Both the position numbers and the translations under genes were made by a program. This document shows positions 40,724 to 51,122 of a stretch of 64,000 nt of DNA, one piece after another (the stretch's first letter is position 1; each line of letters starts with the position of its first letter). The notes under the pieces are model-generated. The model worked only from the letters and a program-made list of their open reading frames with translations, had not been told where the DNA came from and made no database searches. Source of the DNA: Gemmatales bacterium (GTDB lineage: Bacteria; Planctomycetota; Planctomycetia; Gemmatales; HRBIN36); NCBI GenBank assembly GCA_041640595.1, contig JBEPZY010000003.1, positions 540,342 to 604,341 of the forward strand, written 5' to 3'.

Positions 40724-41557
40724 ATGATCCGTGCAGTCTTTTTCGATGCTGTGGGTACACTGCTACGGGCCGACCCGCCGGTGCACGAAGTTTATGCCCG
40801 CTTCGCTCGCCGTTACGGTCTGCACCTGAAAGAGACGGAACTGTGCCAGCGATTCCGCGCCGCTTTTGCCCGGCAGCGGTTATATGATCGGCAACACAAC
40901 TGGCGAACCGATGAAGCGCGGGAACGTCAACGCTGGCGTGAAATCGTCCGGGAGGTTTTTCCCGAACTGGCCGACACCGAGCCGCTCTTTTTCGAGTTGT
41001 GGCACCACTTTGCCCGTGCCGATGCCTGGAGCTGTTATCCCGAGGTGGCGGATGTCTTGGAGCGTCTGGCCGCTCGCGGTTACCTTCTGGGCATCGCTTC
41101 TAATTTCGATGGTCGGCTCCGCCAGATTTACCGAAATCTGCCTTGCCTGCGGCAGTGTTCATGGTTGGTGATTAGCAGTGAAATCGGCTGGGTGAAACCA
41201 GCCCGGCCCTTTTTCGATACCGTAGCCCAAACGGCGGGACTGCCGCCGAACGAAATTCTGTATGTCGGCGACGATTATGAGTCAGATTGCCTGCCGGCTC
41301 TGGAGGCCGGATTCCAGGCGGCCTGGCTCCACCGCGACCTTTCCGGCTCAGCCGTGGTTATTGTTACGACTGCCAGCGATAAGGTAACGCCTGGCGAGAC
41401 GGCCTTCGGAGCATCTGGAAATCTGCCAGAGGGCAAGCCCGCCCGTTCGCCCATGCCAGGCACGGATACAATGCCTGCGTCTCCGTACGTGCTGGCCAGC
41501 CTGAACGAACTCCTGACCGTGTTACCGCCATCGGCGAGAGGCTCTGGCTCAGAGTGA
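40724..41557 (+). CDS. HAD-family hydrolase (subfamily IA)
   Basis: 'FFDAVGTL', 'SNFD', 'KP', 'YVGDDYESD'. Confidence 0.88.
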   Translation: MIRAVFFDAVGTLLRADPPVHEVYARFARRYGLHLKETELCQRFRAAFARQRLYDRQHNWRTDEARERQRWREIVREVFPELADTEPLFFELWHHFARADAWSCYPEVADVLERLAARGYLLGIASNFDGRLRQIYRNLPCLRQCSWLVISSEIGWVKPARPFFDTVAQTAGLPPNEILYVGDDYESDCLPALEAGFQAAWLHRDLSGSAVVIVTTASDKVTPGETAFGASGNLPEGKPARSPMPGTDTMPASPYVLASLNELLTVLPPSARGSGSE

Positions 41558-41735
41558 CGGATGCCGTTCTGGACAGAGCGAGCTTCGTCTCATAAACCGC
41601 TTGCAAATCATTGGCTGAGCGACAGCAGGGCAAAATTGCACCAGGTTCGGACCTGCCGCCCTGCTTGCCCGCACCGCTGGCCAGAGTCGGTCGAAGCCGA
41701 GCAAGAAAATCGTCCGAACCTGGGCGAGTGGGAAC

Positions 41736-43151
41736 ATGCCTATACGTACCTACGAGGATGCACTGGCTTTCTGGTTTGGCCGGATCAACTACGAGCAGAC
41801 CGGCATGCCGCCGGACTTGCGTGCCTTGAAACTGGAACGGATGCAAGCGTTGATGGATCGGTTGGGTCGGCCCCAGGATCGCTTGCGGATTATTCACATT
41901 GCGGGTAGTAAAGGGAAAGGTTCGACGGCGGCGATGCTGGCGGCAGTTTTGCAAGCCGCCGGGTATCGCACCGGCTTATTCACCTCACCCCATCTATGTC
42001 GCGTCGAGGAGCGGGTGCAGGTCAATGGCCAGTGCATTTCGCCGCAGGAATTGACCATGCTGATGCAGGAGATCGAGATCGCCTGCCAGCAGGTAGAGGC
42101 AGCCGGGCACACCCCGCCAACGTTTTTTGAAATCATCACCGCTCTGAGCTGGTTGCACCTTGTCCGTCGTCGCGTGGACTGGGCGGTGGTCGAAGTCGGG
42201 CTGGGCGGTCGATTCGATTCGACCAACGTTTGCCGACCGCAAGTGGCCGTTATTACCAGCATCAGCCTCGATCACGTGCAGCAACTCGGGCCGACCCTGG
42301 CACACATCGCCCGGGAAAAAGCCGGAATCATCAAGCCCGGCGTGCCGGTGATCAGTGGCGTAACCGAACCCGAACCGGCCGGCGTCATTCGCGCGGTGGC
42401 CCGACAGCAAAACGCTCCGCTTTACGAACTCGGCGTGGATTTCCATTTCCACTACCGTCCCGGCCAGTTTACGCCGCGCTACGTTCGCTGGCCCATTCTG
42501 AGCTACTGGTCCGAGGGAAAAGGGAAAGCGGCATGGCGTAATGGTCGGGTCGGCGTTCGCCGGGAATATTCACTGTCGCTCTGGGGGCGCCATCAAGCGG
42601 CCAACGCGGCGGTAACTCTGGCGGTTGTGGAACGCTTACGCGAACTCGGTTTACCTTTGCCGGACACTGCTGTGGCACGCGGTCTGGCACAGGTACACTG
42701 GCCGGCACGGGTCGAGGTGATTCACACCCAACCGCTGGTCATTCTCGATTGTGCCCACAATCGCGCCTCCGTAGCTGCTTTAGTGCAAACGCTGCGGGAA
42801 AGTTTCTCCTGGCGGCGGTTGATCGTGGTGCTCGGCTGTTCTCGCGACAAAGACATCCCCGGCATGCTGGCCGAACTCGCTCCCGTCACTGATGTCATCC
42901 ACCTGACCCGCTACAGCACCAGCCCGCGCTCAGCCAGTCCGGAGGAACTGCTCGCACTCTGGCCAGGTCCGGCCAAGGCATACACACATGGCCAGGCGGA
43001 ATCGGCCTGGCTGGCCGCACTGGACTCCGCACGTCCGGACGATTTGATTTGCGTCACCGGCTCGGTCTTTCTGGCCGGGGAACTGCGGCAGTGTATTTTC
43101 GCTACGTGTCGCTCCGATTCACCAGCGCCTCTGTCTTCGCCAGGTCGCTGA
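41736..43151 (+). CDS. folC: Folylpolyglutamate synthase/dihydrofolate synthase
   Basis: HIAGSKGKGST, FTSPHL, EVGLGGRFDSTN, EKAGI, LDCAHN, TGSVFLAG. Confidence 0.95.
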   Translation: MPIRTYEDALAFWFGRINYEQTGMPPDLRALKLERMQALMDRLGRPQDRLRIIHIAGSKGKGSTAAMLAAVLQAAGYRTGLFTSPHLCRVEERVQVNGQCISPQELTMLMQEIEIACQQVEAAGHTPPTFFEIITALSWLHLVRRRVDWAVVEVGLGGRFDSTNVCRPQVAVITSISLDHVQQLGPTLAHIAREKAGIIKPGVPVISGVTEPEPAGVIRAVARQQNAPLYELGVDFHFHYRPGQFTPRYVRWPILSYWSEGKGKAAWRNGRVGVRREYSLSLWGRHQAANAAVTLAVVERLRELGLPLPDTAVARGLAQVHWPARVEVIHTQPLVILDCAHNRASVAALVQTLRESFSWRRLIVVLGCSRDKDIPGMLAELAPVTDVIHLTRYSTSPRSASPEELLALWPGPAKAYTHGQAESAWLAALDSARPDDLICVTGSVFLAGELRQCIFATCRSDSPAPLSSPGR

Positions 43152-43295
43152 AAGCCAATCCAGCAGCTACCCGGAGTGCCGAAGGCGAAAAGCCCCATTT
43201 CGCCATTGCCTTTCGCTAGCGTGAGCGGAGCTGCCGTGTTAAACTTTGCCGGGACACAGCAGCAGTCGCCTTATGGACATCTGCAGGAGCAAGCC

Positions 43296-43727
43296 ATGTG
43301 GCAAGCCTTGTTGACTTCGCTCATCGGCGAGGACACCAGCGGGCTCATCCTCAGTCTCGGCAACGGCAACGAAATTGCTGTGCAACAAATCCTGCATGCC
43401 ACGGCGGAAGCGGTGGTTCTGCGTGGCCGCTGGGCCGGTTCTTCGGAATCAGGCTGGACGTTTCTGGTGCCGTGGAGCCAGATCGTATGCTGTGTATTTT
43501 CTCGTTCGCTGCCGGAGAAGTTGCAGCAGCAACTCGGCCTCCCGGCAGCCACGCCCACCAGTGATGTAAGTCCGGAAACGGCCACGCCAGTGGAAACCTC
43601 GTCTGCGCCGGCTACACTGTCTGCAACGCCCAGCGCCCCAGCAACAGCCCAGACTATTTCTCGGCCAACGCCCGACGACCGGCTCGAGCAATTGCGGCAA
43701 CGCCTTCGCCAACGCTTACAACAATAG
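43296..43727 (+). CDS. Hypothetical protein (small beta domain plus Pro/Thr tail)
   Basis: AGGAG RBS; fits between folC and DUF72 on the same strand. Confidence 0.55.
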   Translation: MWQALLTSLIGEDTSGLILSLGNGNEIAVQQILHATAEAVVLRGRWAGSSESGWTFLVPWSQIVCCVFSRSLPEKLQQQLGLPAATPTSDVSPETATPVETSSAPATLSATPSAPATAQTISRPTPDDRLEQLRQRLRQRLQQ

Positions 43728-43763
43728 TGGTACTTAGTATACTATACAGCGGCTGCTCCAAAG

Positions 43764-44582
43764 ATGATCGAGACCTGGATAGGCACTTCCGGTTATTCCT
43801 ATCAGGATTGGGTTGGCCCGTTCTATCCGCCGGGTACACCTCCGGGACGCATGCTTCGTTATTATGCCCAGCATTTTCCGCTGACCGAACTGAACTATAC
43901 TTTTTATCGCGTCCCCACGCCCGGGGAATTAGTGCACTTAGTCGAAAAAGCGCCCCGAGGATTTCGCTATCTGGTCAAGCTCTATCAATCACTCACCCAC
44001 GAACTAAGCAGCGACGATCTTGCGCCCTTCCGCGAAGCCGTGGATGCCATGGCGCAAACCGGCGCATTGCTCGGATTATTAGCGCAATTTCCGGAGCGAT
44101 TTCATAATACCAAAGCTAACCGGGCCTGGGTGGAAACGCTGCGAAGCTCGTTTTCAGGCCACACCCTGGCCGTGGAGTTTCGCCATTTTTCCTGGGATCG
44201 CGACACCATTCGCCGCTGGCTGCGCGAGCTCAACATTGTGCAGGTCTCCGTAGATGTGCCGCCTTTACCCACTATATTTCCCACTAAGCTGATCCTCACC
44301 GATTCCCTCTTATATTTGCGGCTGCATTCCCGGCGTGCGGAGACCTGGTACGCCGACGATAAGGCTCGCTATGATTATCTTTATAAGGACGAGGAATTAC
44401 TGGAGTGGGTGGAGGCCATGCGGCAAGCGCGACCCCGGCGTGCCTGGATTTTATTCAATAACTGCCAGCGGGGTCAGGCAGCGATCAATGCCCGCCGCAT
44501 GCAAGAACTATTGCGCCAATTCCCCCAGGATTTCGCGCTGGTTTCCCCTGCCCATGGCTCCGACAGCGGCTTATTTAGCTAA
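43764..44582 (+). CDS. DUF72 family protein
   Basis: IGTSGYSY.DW.G.FYP, ELNYTFY, QFP, AVEFRH, YLRLH, YDYLY, FNN. Confidence 0.92.
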   Translation: MIETWIGTSGYSYQDWVGPFYPPGTPPGRMLRYYAQHFPLTELNYTFYRVPTPGELVHLVEKAPRGFRYLVKLYQSLTHELSSDDLAPFREAVDAMAQTGALLGLLAQFPERFHNTKANRAWVETLRSSFSGHTLAVEFRHFSWDRDTIRRWLRELNIVQVSVDVPPLPTIFPTKLILTDSLLYLRLHSRRAETWYADDKARYDYLYKDEELLEWVEAMRQARPRRAWILFNNCQRGQAAINARRMQELLRQFPQDFALVSPAHGSDSGLFS

Positions 44583-44725
44583 ATGTTAGTGAGCCGACAC
44601 CGTCCGAAGCTCTCCCGCATATTACAGCACTACGCGGGCGGCAACCAGGTGGCCCTTTCTATAACAGGGAAATGGAAAGCTAAACTCCAACAACGTGCTG
44701 GATTCACAGAACTGATCAAGCATCT

Positions 44726-45121
44726 ATGAGCCTTGCCAACGATCCTGAAAAAGTGTCCGCATCTGGCGGGCGTTTCGTACTGCTTTATCATACCTGGCCG
44801 CAACCGCATTATGACTTGATGTTAGAATGGCAGGGTGTGCTGAAAACCTGGCGGCTGGCGGAACTGCCTTACCCTGGCATTCGCTTAACCATAGAGGCTA
44901 TCGGCGATCATCGCCTCGCCTATTTAGATTATGAGGGCCCTGTCTCTGGTAATCGCGGCGAAGTCCGACGCATAGATAGCGGTACCTATAACGGCGATCT
45001 AAGCATCAGGGATAGGCCAGTCCGTATCGTTATACATGGCCAGCGAATGCAGGGCACCTGGGAACTAAGTCCACTACCGGAAAGCGGGTTGTGGGAACTA
45101 TGCTGGTTGTCCGGTGAATAA
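44726..45121 (+). CDS. Stand-alone LigD N-terminal (3'-phosphoesterase-like) domain protein
   Basis: 'FVLLYH...HYDLMLE..GVLKTW', 'DHRLAYLDYEG.VS..RGEV...DSGTY'. Confidence 0.8.
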   Translation: MSLANDPEKVSASGGRFVLLYHTWPQPHYDLMLEWQGVLKTWRLAELPYPGIRLTIEAIGDHRLAYLDYEGPVSGNRGEVRRIDSGTYNGDLSIRDRPVRIVIHGQRMQGTWELSPLPESGLWELCWLSGE

Positions 45122-45156
45122 TCGCCTATTATCAGGCCGCGACATGGCACGCTGCG

Positions 45157-45735
45157 TTATTTAGATACCAGTTCGGCCAGGAAGCGATCTACATCCGAAT
45201 ACTTGAACTGTCGGTCGGGATCGTCGCGGTCGAAGCGTCGCAGGAGCTTTCCTTCGCGGTCAAAGACGAGCACGATGGGAATACCTTTGATGTTCCACTG
45301 GTTCGTCCATTCATCGAAATCGAGCAGGAAATTAGGGAAATCGGCCTGCTGTTCACGGAGAAAGCTGAGGGCTTTCGGGGCGTCTTTAGGATCGTCAATG
45401 GTGACGGACATGACCACCACGCCCTTGTCGGCATACTTGCGATGCAAGGCAACCAGGTGCGGAAATTCCTGTCGGCACGGCAGACACCAGGTCGCCCAGG
45501 TATCCACAACGACGTACTTGCCGCGATACTCCGCGAGGGCTTTCTGCCATTCCGCCAACTTGACCGAACGGAGCTGAATCCGATCGGTTTCCTGGGGACT
45601 TTGTACCTGGGAAGTCGCACTGGAGGATGGAACGTCTCGGTTGCAGCCCAGCGGCATCAACAGCGTGATAAGCACCAGGCCTAACGCTGCTGGGAGCCGA
45701 TCTTTCTTCACCTGGACCGGTAGCTGGCGGGGCAT
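45157..45735 (-). CDS. TlpA-like thioredoxin lipoprotein
   Basis: 'VVVDTWATWCLPCRQEFP'; lipobox-like 'PLGC'. Confidence 0.9.
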   Translation of the reverse strand: MPRQLPVQVKKDRLPAALGLVLITLLMPLGCNRDVPSSSATSQVQSPQETDRIQLRSVKLAEWQKALAEYRGKYVVVDTWATWCLPCRQEFPHLVALHRKYADKGVVVMSVTIDDPKDAPKALSFLREQQADFPNFLLDFDEWTNQWNIKGIPIVLVFDREGKLLRRFDRDDPDRQFKYSDVDRFLAELVSK

Positions 45736-46006
45736 AGCAATCTCCTGATCGAAGAGAGCAATTGAAGGGGCAAGGATCGCACAAATCTGTCGGCCATGCA
45801 GGTCTTATTATTACGAAGCGGCGCGGCGGTTGGATCATGCTCACCCGTGATGGCTCATGTGCTGGGGAATTGCCGCCCGTGAAAAAGCTGGGAAAATAAC
45901 CTGCGGAAATGTCGGAACTGAATCCGGCTGGGAGGCATGGACTGTGTCAGGGGCTTGTCGGAGCGAATGATCAAATCGCTTCTGTACCGTTGTTGAGGAA
46001 GGAGCT

Positions 46007-49000
46007 ATGTCGGCAGAAACAATGCAGGCAACCGCCTGGCCCCGGGCGAAACGCTGGCCGTTCTGGATAAGTCTGGCGCTGGTGGCAGTGGTTGGAGCAG
46101 GGGCCAGCCTGTTCGCCGCCTGGGCAGTACGCAACCACGAGGAGGAAATGTTCTGGACGGAGTTTGAACAGCAATGTCGTGCCTGGGGCGAACCGGTCAA
46201 TTCGGCGGTGCAAGAATCGCTGGCGTTACTGGCCGGATTACAGGATTTGTTCTCAGCATCCGATCAGGTGGACACGGAGAAATTCCGGTACTTCGCCCTC
46301 CGTTCGTTGAACCGGCAGAAAGCACTGAAGTTAGTGGCCTGGGCAGCGGTAACAAGCGCAGAAGCCTGGCCGGACCTGCGTCAGCGTGCAATGCGGGATT
46401 GGGGTGTCGCCAGCCAATATCAGTTGCGGAATGCCCAGGGGCAGCCCTATGTCCCACGGTCGCCGCAGGAAAGCCTGTGTCCGGTCACTTTCGTGGAGCC
46501 AGCCGGGTTAGCGGACAAGTATTTGGGCGTGAATTTGGCCAGCTACACGGACTGGGACCAGGTTGTGAACAGCCTGAGGGATATGCAGGCGGTGGCAGAG
46601 TGGATTAGTGCTGCACCGGACTCGCCCGAAACGAGTCGGCAAAACATTATTTTCGCAGTCGCTGTGAAAACCGGCAGGATGGGCCGTTCACCGGTGCCTC
46701 AGAATATCCAGCAAGGTATCGTTCTGGTAGTGCTGGATGCCGAGCAATTGGTCGAGCAGTACCTTGGTGGCGGGGTGCCGGAGGAAGTGCAGGTGCGGCT
46801 TGTGGCCGAAGGAAGCGACATGCCACCTGCCCAGAACATCGTCTTGTACGAACGAGCCGCTGGCCAGGCTACCCTCGCTGCTCGATCGGCGGTCTATCCT
46901 CTGGAGACCCCGGACGACATCTGGCTGGAATTTACGCCGACGCAGCGCTATCTCGGTCAATGGGTGCCGTGGCGTTCCTGGACGACGCTGGCGGGCGGAC
47001 TGGTTTTGCTCGGTTTGCTGGAATTCTGGGCGGTTCTGGGATTACGCCACCGGGAGAAAATCGAGGCCATCATCCGCAAGCGAACGCAAGAATGGGAAGA
47101 GGCGCACCGCCATCTTGCCGAAGAAGCCCGTCGCCGCGCCGAAATGGCCGAGGAACTGTTCCGTCAGCAGCAACTCCTGTACGGTATCGTGGAAAACTCT
47201 CCGGCGGTCATTTACGCCAAAGATTCGCAGGGGCGTTACTTGTTCGTCAATAAACGATATTGCGAACTGTTCCAGGTGAAAGCGGAGGAAGTCGTGGGGC
47301 GTAGTGATGCGGAAATTTTTCCGCCCGAGTTCGCCGCACGCTTTCAGGAGAACGATCGGGCCGTGTTAGAGCACGGCCGGGCCCTGGAGTTTGAAGAATT
47401 CGCTCCCCATCCGGACGGTACCCATACCTACATCTCCGTGAAGTTTCCCGTGCGCGACGCTCAGGGCCGATACGTGGCTGTGTGTGGCATTTCTACAGAC
47501 ATAACCGACCGCAAACGTGCCGAATTGGCCCTCCGCGATTCCGAAGCGCTGTATCACTCCCTGGTGGAATGTGTACCGTTGTGCATCCTCCGTAAAGATC
47601 GGCAGGGGCGTTTTACCTTCGCCAATCAGAAATTTTGCCAGCTGCTGGGACGATCGGCCGAGGAAATCCTCGGCAAAACCGACTACGATTTCTTCCCAGC
47701 AGCGCTGGCAGACAAATACCGTCGCGATGATCAGCGGGTGCTCAGCACAGGCGAGGTCTTCGAGGACATCGAGGAACATCAAACACCCAGTGGCGAAAAG
47801 CTCTTCGTGCAGGTGCTCAAATCGCCGGTTCGGGATGCGTCCGGGCAGATCGTCGAGGTACAGTGCATGTTTATGGACGTAACGGATCGCAAACGGGCAG
47901 AGGAAGAGTTACGGCGTGCCCGGGAAGCAGCGGAAGCCGCTAATCGAGCCAAGAGCGATTTCCTGGCCAACATGAGCCACGAGATTCGCACGCCACTCAA
48001 CGCGATTATCGGCCTGACCGAATTGCTGTTGCAAACGCCCACCAACGCTCTGCAGCGCGAATATTTGCAGATGATTCTGGAGTCGGGCGAGTTGCTGCTG
48101 GCGCTCATCAACGATGTGCTGGATTTCTCGAAAATCGAAGCGGGGAAACTGTTACTCGAACGGCTGCCGTTCACCCTGCGTGAACAGGTGGGCGATACCG
48201 TGAAACTGCTGGCAGCGCGGGCCAGTCAAAAGGGGCTGGAACTCGCCCTCGATGTCGCCGCGGATGTGCCGGAAGTGGTGGTTGGCGATGCCGGGCGACT
48301 CCGGCAGGTGTTGCTGAATCTGCTGAGCAACGCCATCAAATTTACCCATCAGGGCGAGGTGGTTGTCGAGGTGCGTTGTTCCGAGCGCACGGAGTCGGAA
48401 TGCCTGCTGCAATTTTGTGTGCGGGATACGGGCATCGGTATTCCCCGCGATCAGCAGGAGCGGATTTTCCAGGCATTTGAGCAGGTGGACACGTCAACGG
48501 CGCGACGTTATGGTGGGACGGGACTGGGCCTGGCGATTGCTTCCCGGTTGGTGGCATTGATGGACGGGAAGATTTGGGTGGAGAGCGAGCCGGGTTGCGG
48601 CAGTGCTTTCTATTTCACCGCACGTCTGGGGATCGGCCCATCGGAAAAAGATGGCCGCGAAGAACAACTGGCGCGGTTACGCGGTTGGCGTGTGCTGGTG
48701 GTGGATGACAACGCTACCAACCGCACCGTCCTGCAGGCCATGCTCCGTAGCTGGCACCTGCAACCAGAAACAGCCAGCACCGCTGAGGAAGCCCTTCGGC
48801 TCCTGCAGGACGCCCGTCTGGCCGGGGTTCCTTTCCATCTCGTGATTACCGATGTCGCCATGCCGGGGATGGATGGCTTTCAGCTCGTCGAAGCGATCCG
48901 CCAGCAGGAGTCCTCTCCCCCGATCATTGTGATGCTCGCTTCCGCTCACTATGCGGACGACCTGGAACGGTCCCAAAAACTGGGAGTGGCCAGGTATCTC

Positions 49001-49945
49001 CTCAAGCCGGTCAAACACTCGGAGTTACTGGAAGCGGTGCTGAGTGTGTGCGCACCAGAGACCGCGGCTGCGAAAACAACCGACCAGGAGCGACCAGCCA
49101 CCAGCCAGGCGTTACCTCAACCGAAAGCAACCCGGAGCCTGCAAATCCTCCTGGTAGAAGATAGCCTGGTGAATCAACGGCTTATGCAGGGATTGCTGAG
49201 CTCCTGGGGCCACGAGATAATCGTTGCCGACAACGGTCCGCAAGCTCTGGAATACTTCGCCCGACGCCGCTTCGACCTGATCCTGATGGACATTCAAATG
49301 CCGGGCATGGACGGCTATGAGGTGATGCGGCGGATCCGTGCCTGGGAAAAACAGCACGGCGGACACGTGCCGATCCTGGCCATTACTGCGCGAGCCCTTC
49401 CCGACGATCACCAGAAATGTCTGGAAGCGGGAGCCGATGGATACCTGGCTAAACCCATTCGCGCCGCGGCCCTGGCGCGGGAAATCGAACGCGTTTTGGC
49501 ACCACCTTCCCCGGCGGAAACTGGCAGCGCACCGCAGCGGGATACATCGGTGGCTACTTCGGCAGAGCCACCGTCGGCCGTGAGCAGCTCGGCGGAATCT
49601 CTGGTTTCCTTGCAGGCAGCGCTGAGTATGACCCGCGGCGACCCGGCATTGTTAAGGCAGGTGGTGCAGGCGTTTCTTACGGAAGGCCCGCGTCTGCTGG
49701 CCGAGGCTGAACAAGCCCTGACCCAGCAACTCCCGGAAATTTTACAGCGCTGCGCGCATACCCTGGCCGGCAATCTTCGCCTGTTCGGCGCTGAGAAACC
49801 GGCAGCTGTTGCCTGCGATTTGCAACAGGCGGCTCAACAACGCCACTGGCCTCGCGCCATGGAATTAATCGAGCAACTACGCCCCTTGCTGCAGCAGGTC
49901 TTTCAGGAACTCGGGGGACTTACCGCGTCAGCCAATTCTCGATAG
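46007..49945 (+). CDS. Hybrid sensor kinase: CHASE-like sensor, 2 PAS, HisKA-HATPase, 2 REC, Hpt
   Basis: Two TMs; PAS motifs; FLANMSHEIRTPLN; NLLSNAIKFT; GTGLGL; two REC domains (VVDDN, LVEDS); AHTLAG Hpt. Confidence 0.93.
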   Translation: MSAETMQATAWPRAKRWPFWISLALVAVVGAGASLFAAWAVRNHEEEMFWTEFEQQCRAWGEPVNSAVQESLALLAGLQDLFSASDQVDTEKFRYFALRSLNRQKALKLVAWAAVTSAEAWPDLRQRAMRDWGVASQYQLRNAQGQPYVPRSPQESLCPVTFVEPAGLADKYLGVNLASYTDWDQVVNSLRDMQAVAEWISAAPDSPETSRQNIIFAVAVKTGRMGRSPVPQNIQQGIVLVVLDAEQLVEQYLGGGVPEEVQVRLVAEGSDMPPAQNIVLYERAAGQATLAARSAVYPLETPDDIWLEFTPTQRYLGQWVPWRSWTTLAGGLVLLGLLEFWAVLGLRHREKIEAIIRKRTQEWEEAHRHLAEEARRRAEMAEELFRQQQLLYGIVENSPAVIYAKDSQGRYLFVNKRYCELFQVKAEEVVGRSDAEIFPPEFAARFQENDRAVLEHGRALEFEEFAPHPDGTHTYISVKFPVRDAQGRYVAVCGISTDITDRKRAELALRDSEALYHSLVECVPLCILRKDRQGRFTFANQKFCQLLGRSAEEILGKTDYDFFPAALADKYRRDDQRVLSTGEVFEDIEEHQTPSGEKLFVQVLKSPVRDASGQIVEVQCMFMDVTDRKRAEEELRRAREAAEAANRAKSDFLANMSHEIRTPLNAIIGLTELLLQTPTNALQREYLQMILESGELLLALINDVLDFSKIEAGKLLLERLPFTLREQVGDTVKLLAARASQKGLELALDVAADVPEVVVGDAGRLRQVLLNLLSNAIKFTHQGEVVVEVRCSERTESECLLQFCVRDTGIGIPRDQQERIFQAFEQVDTSTARRYGGTGLGLAIASRLVALMDGKIWVESEPGCGSAFYFTARLGIGPSEKDGREEQLARLRGWRVLVVDDNATNRTVLQAMLRSWHLQPETASTAEEALRLLQDARLAGVPFHLVITDVAMPGMDGFQLVEAIRQQESSPPIIVMLASAHYADDLERSQKLGVARYLLKPVKHSELLEAVLSVCAPETAAAKTTDQERPATSQALPQPKATRSLQILLVEDSLVNQRLMQGLLSSWGHEIIVADNGPQALEYFARRRFDLILMDIQMPGMDGYEVMRRIRAWEKQHGGHVPILAITARALPDDHQKCLEAGADGYLAKPIRAAALAREIERVLAPPSPAETGSAPQRDTSVATSAEPPSAVSSSAESLVSLQAALSMTRGDPALLRQVVQAFLTEGPRLLAEAEQALTQQLPEILQRCAHTLAGNLRLFGAEKPAAVACDLQQAAQQRHWPRAMELIEQLRPLLQQVFQELGGLTASANSR

Positions 49946-49973
49946 CCTTTCCGGGACAGCGGGAGGAATCACC

Positions 49974-50873
49974 ATGAGCACCATTCTCATCGTGGATGAT
50001 GCCGCCACCGACCGAGTGCTGGTCAGCGGATTGTTACGGCAAGGGCTAGCATGTACCGTAACGGAAGCGGCGAGCGGACAGCAGGCCATCGAGCAGATTC
50101 GTCGGCAGTTGCCCGACCTGATTCTGACCGACCTGATTATGCCCGACATGAACGGTCTGGAACTGGTGGATTACGTTCGCCGGCACACTCCCGGCATTCC
50201 GGTCATTCTGATGACAGCTCACGGTAGCGAAGAGATCGCCATGCAGGCCCTTCAACGGGGGGCCGCCAGTTACGTCCCGAAAAAGCTCCTCGCCAGCGAT
50301 CTGCTGCCGACAGTCGAAAGTGTGCTCAGTCTGGCAACAGCTCGCCGGGAGCAGGATCGCCTCTTTGCCGAAAGCTGGGTCGCTTCTCGGACACATTTTC
50401 GCCTGCCGAACGACGTCACGCTCATTCCCCCGCTCATCGAATATGTCAGCCAGAACTTGTCCCGGCTACGCCTGTGCGATGAAACGGGCTTGATCCGCGT
50501 GGCGGTTGCTTTGCGGGAGGCTCTGGTCAATGCTATTTATCACGGCAACCTGGAAGTGAGTTCTGAGATTTGCGAACGGGATGAAACCGCCTATTACCGC
50601 CTTATCGAACAACGCCGACACCAGGAACCTTACTGCAACCGTGTGGTGGATTTCATCGCCGAGGAAACGCCCGGAGAAGCCCGCTACACTGTCCGCGACG
50701 AAGGACCGGGATTCGACCCGGCCAGCCTTCCCGATCCCACGGATCCCGCCAATCTGGAACGAACCTGCGGGCGAGGCTTATTGCTGATTCGCACCTTTAT
50801 GGACGAGGTGCGGCACAACGAACGCGGCAACGAAATCACCATGATCAAACGCCGCGAATCACCGCCGGTGTAG
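49974..50873 (+). CDS. Response regulator with RsbW-like HATPase output
   Basis: REC (IVDD, LTDLIMP, TAHGS, PK) plus 'EALVNAIYHGN', 'DEGPGFD', 'GRGLLLIR'. Confidence 0.9.
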   Translation: MSTILIVDDAATDRVLVSGLLRQGLACTVTEAASGQQAIEQIRRQLPDLILTDLIMPDMNGLELVDYVRRHTPGIPVILMTAHGSEEIAMQALQRGAASYVPKKLLASDLLPTVESVLSLATARREQDRLFAESWVASRTHFRLPNDVTLIPPLIEYVSQNLSRLRLCDETGLIRVAVALREALVNAIYHGNLEVSSEICERDETAYYRLIEQRRHQEPYCNRVVDFIAEETPGEARYTVRDEGPGFDPASLPDPTDPANLERTCGRGLLLIRTFMDEVRHNERGNEITMIKRRESPPV

Positions 50874-51122
50874 CCTGTTTGCTCGGGCAGGAACGAAACT
50901 TTCGGTACGAACCCTGTCTTGTACCAACGCACAAAGGCTCCCAATGCACCTGTGAGTGGACGGTGTCCTCGTGCAAACGCATGACTTGTAGCAACGCGCA
51001 CGCTGGGCGAGATTAAGAATCTGGCTTTCGGCCAGGCGACCATTGTCCTGTGGAAGACTTGGAGCAGCTCAGGCAGGGTAAGTCAGCGAACCGGGTCGCT
51101 AACGATCGTGGCCAGCGTTGGC

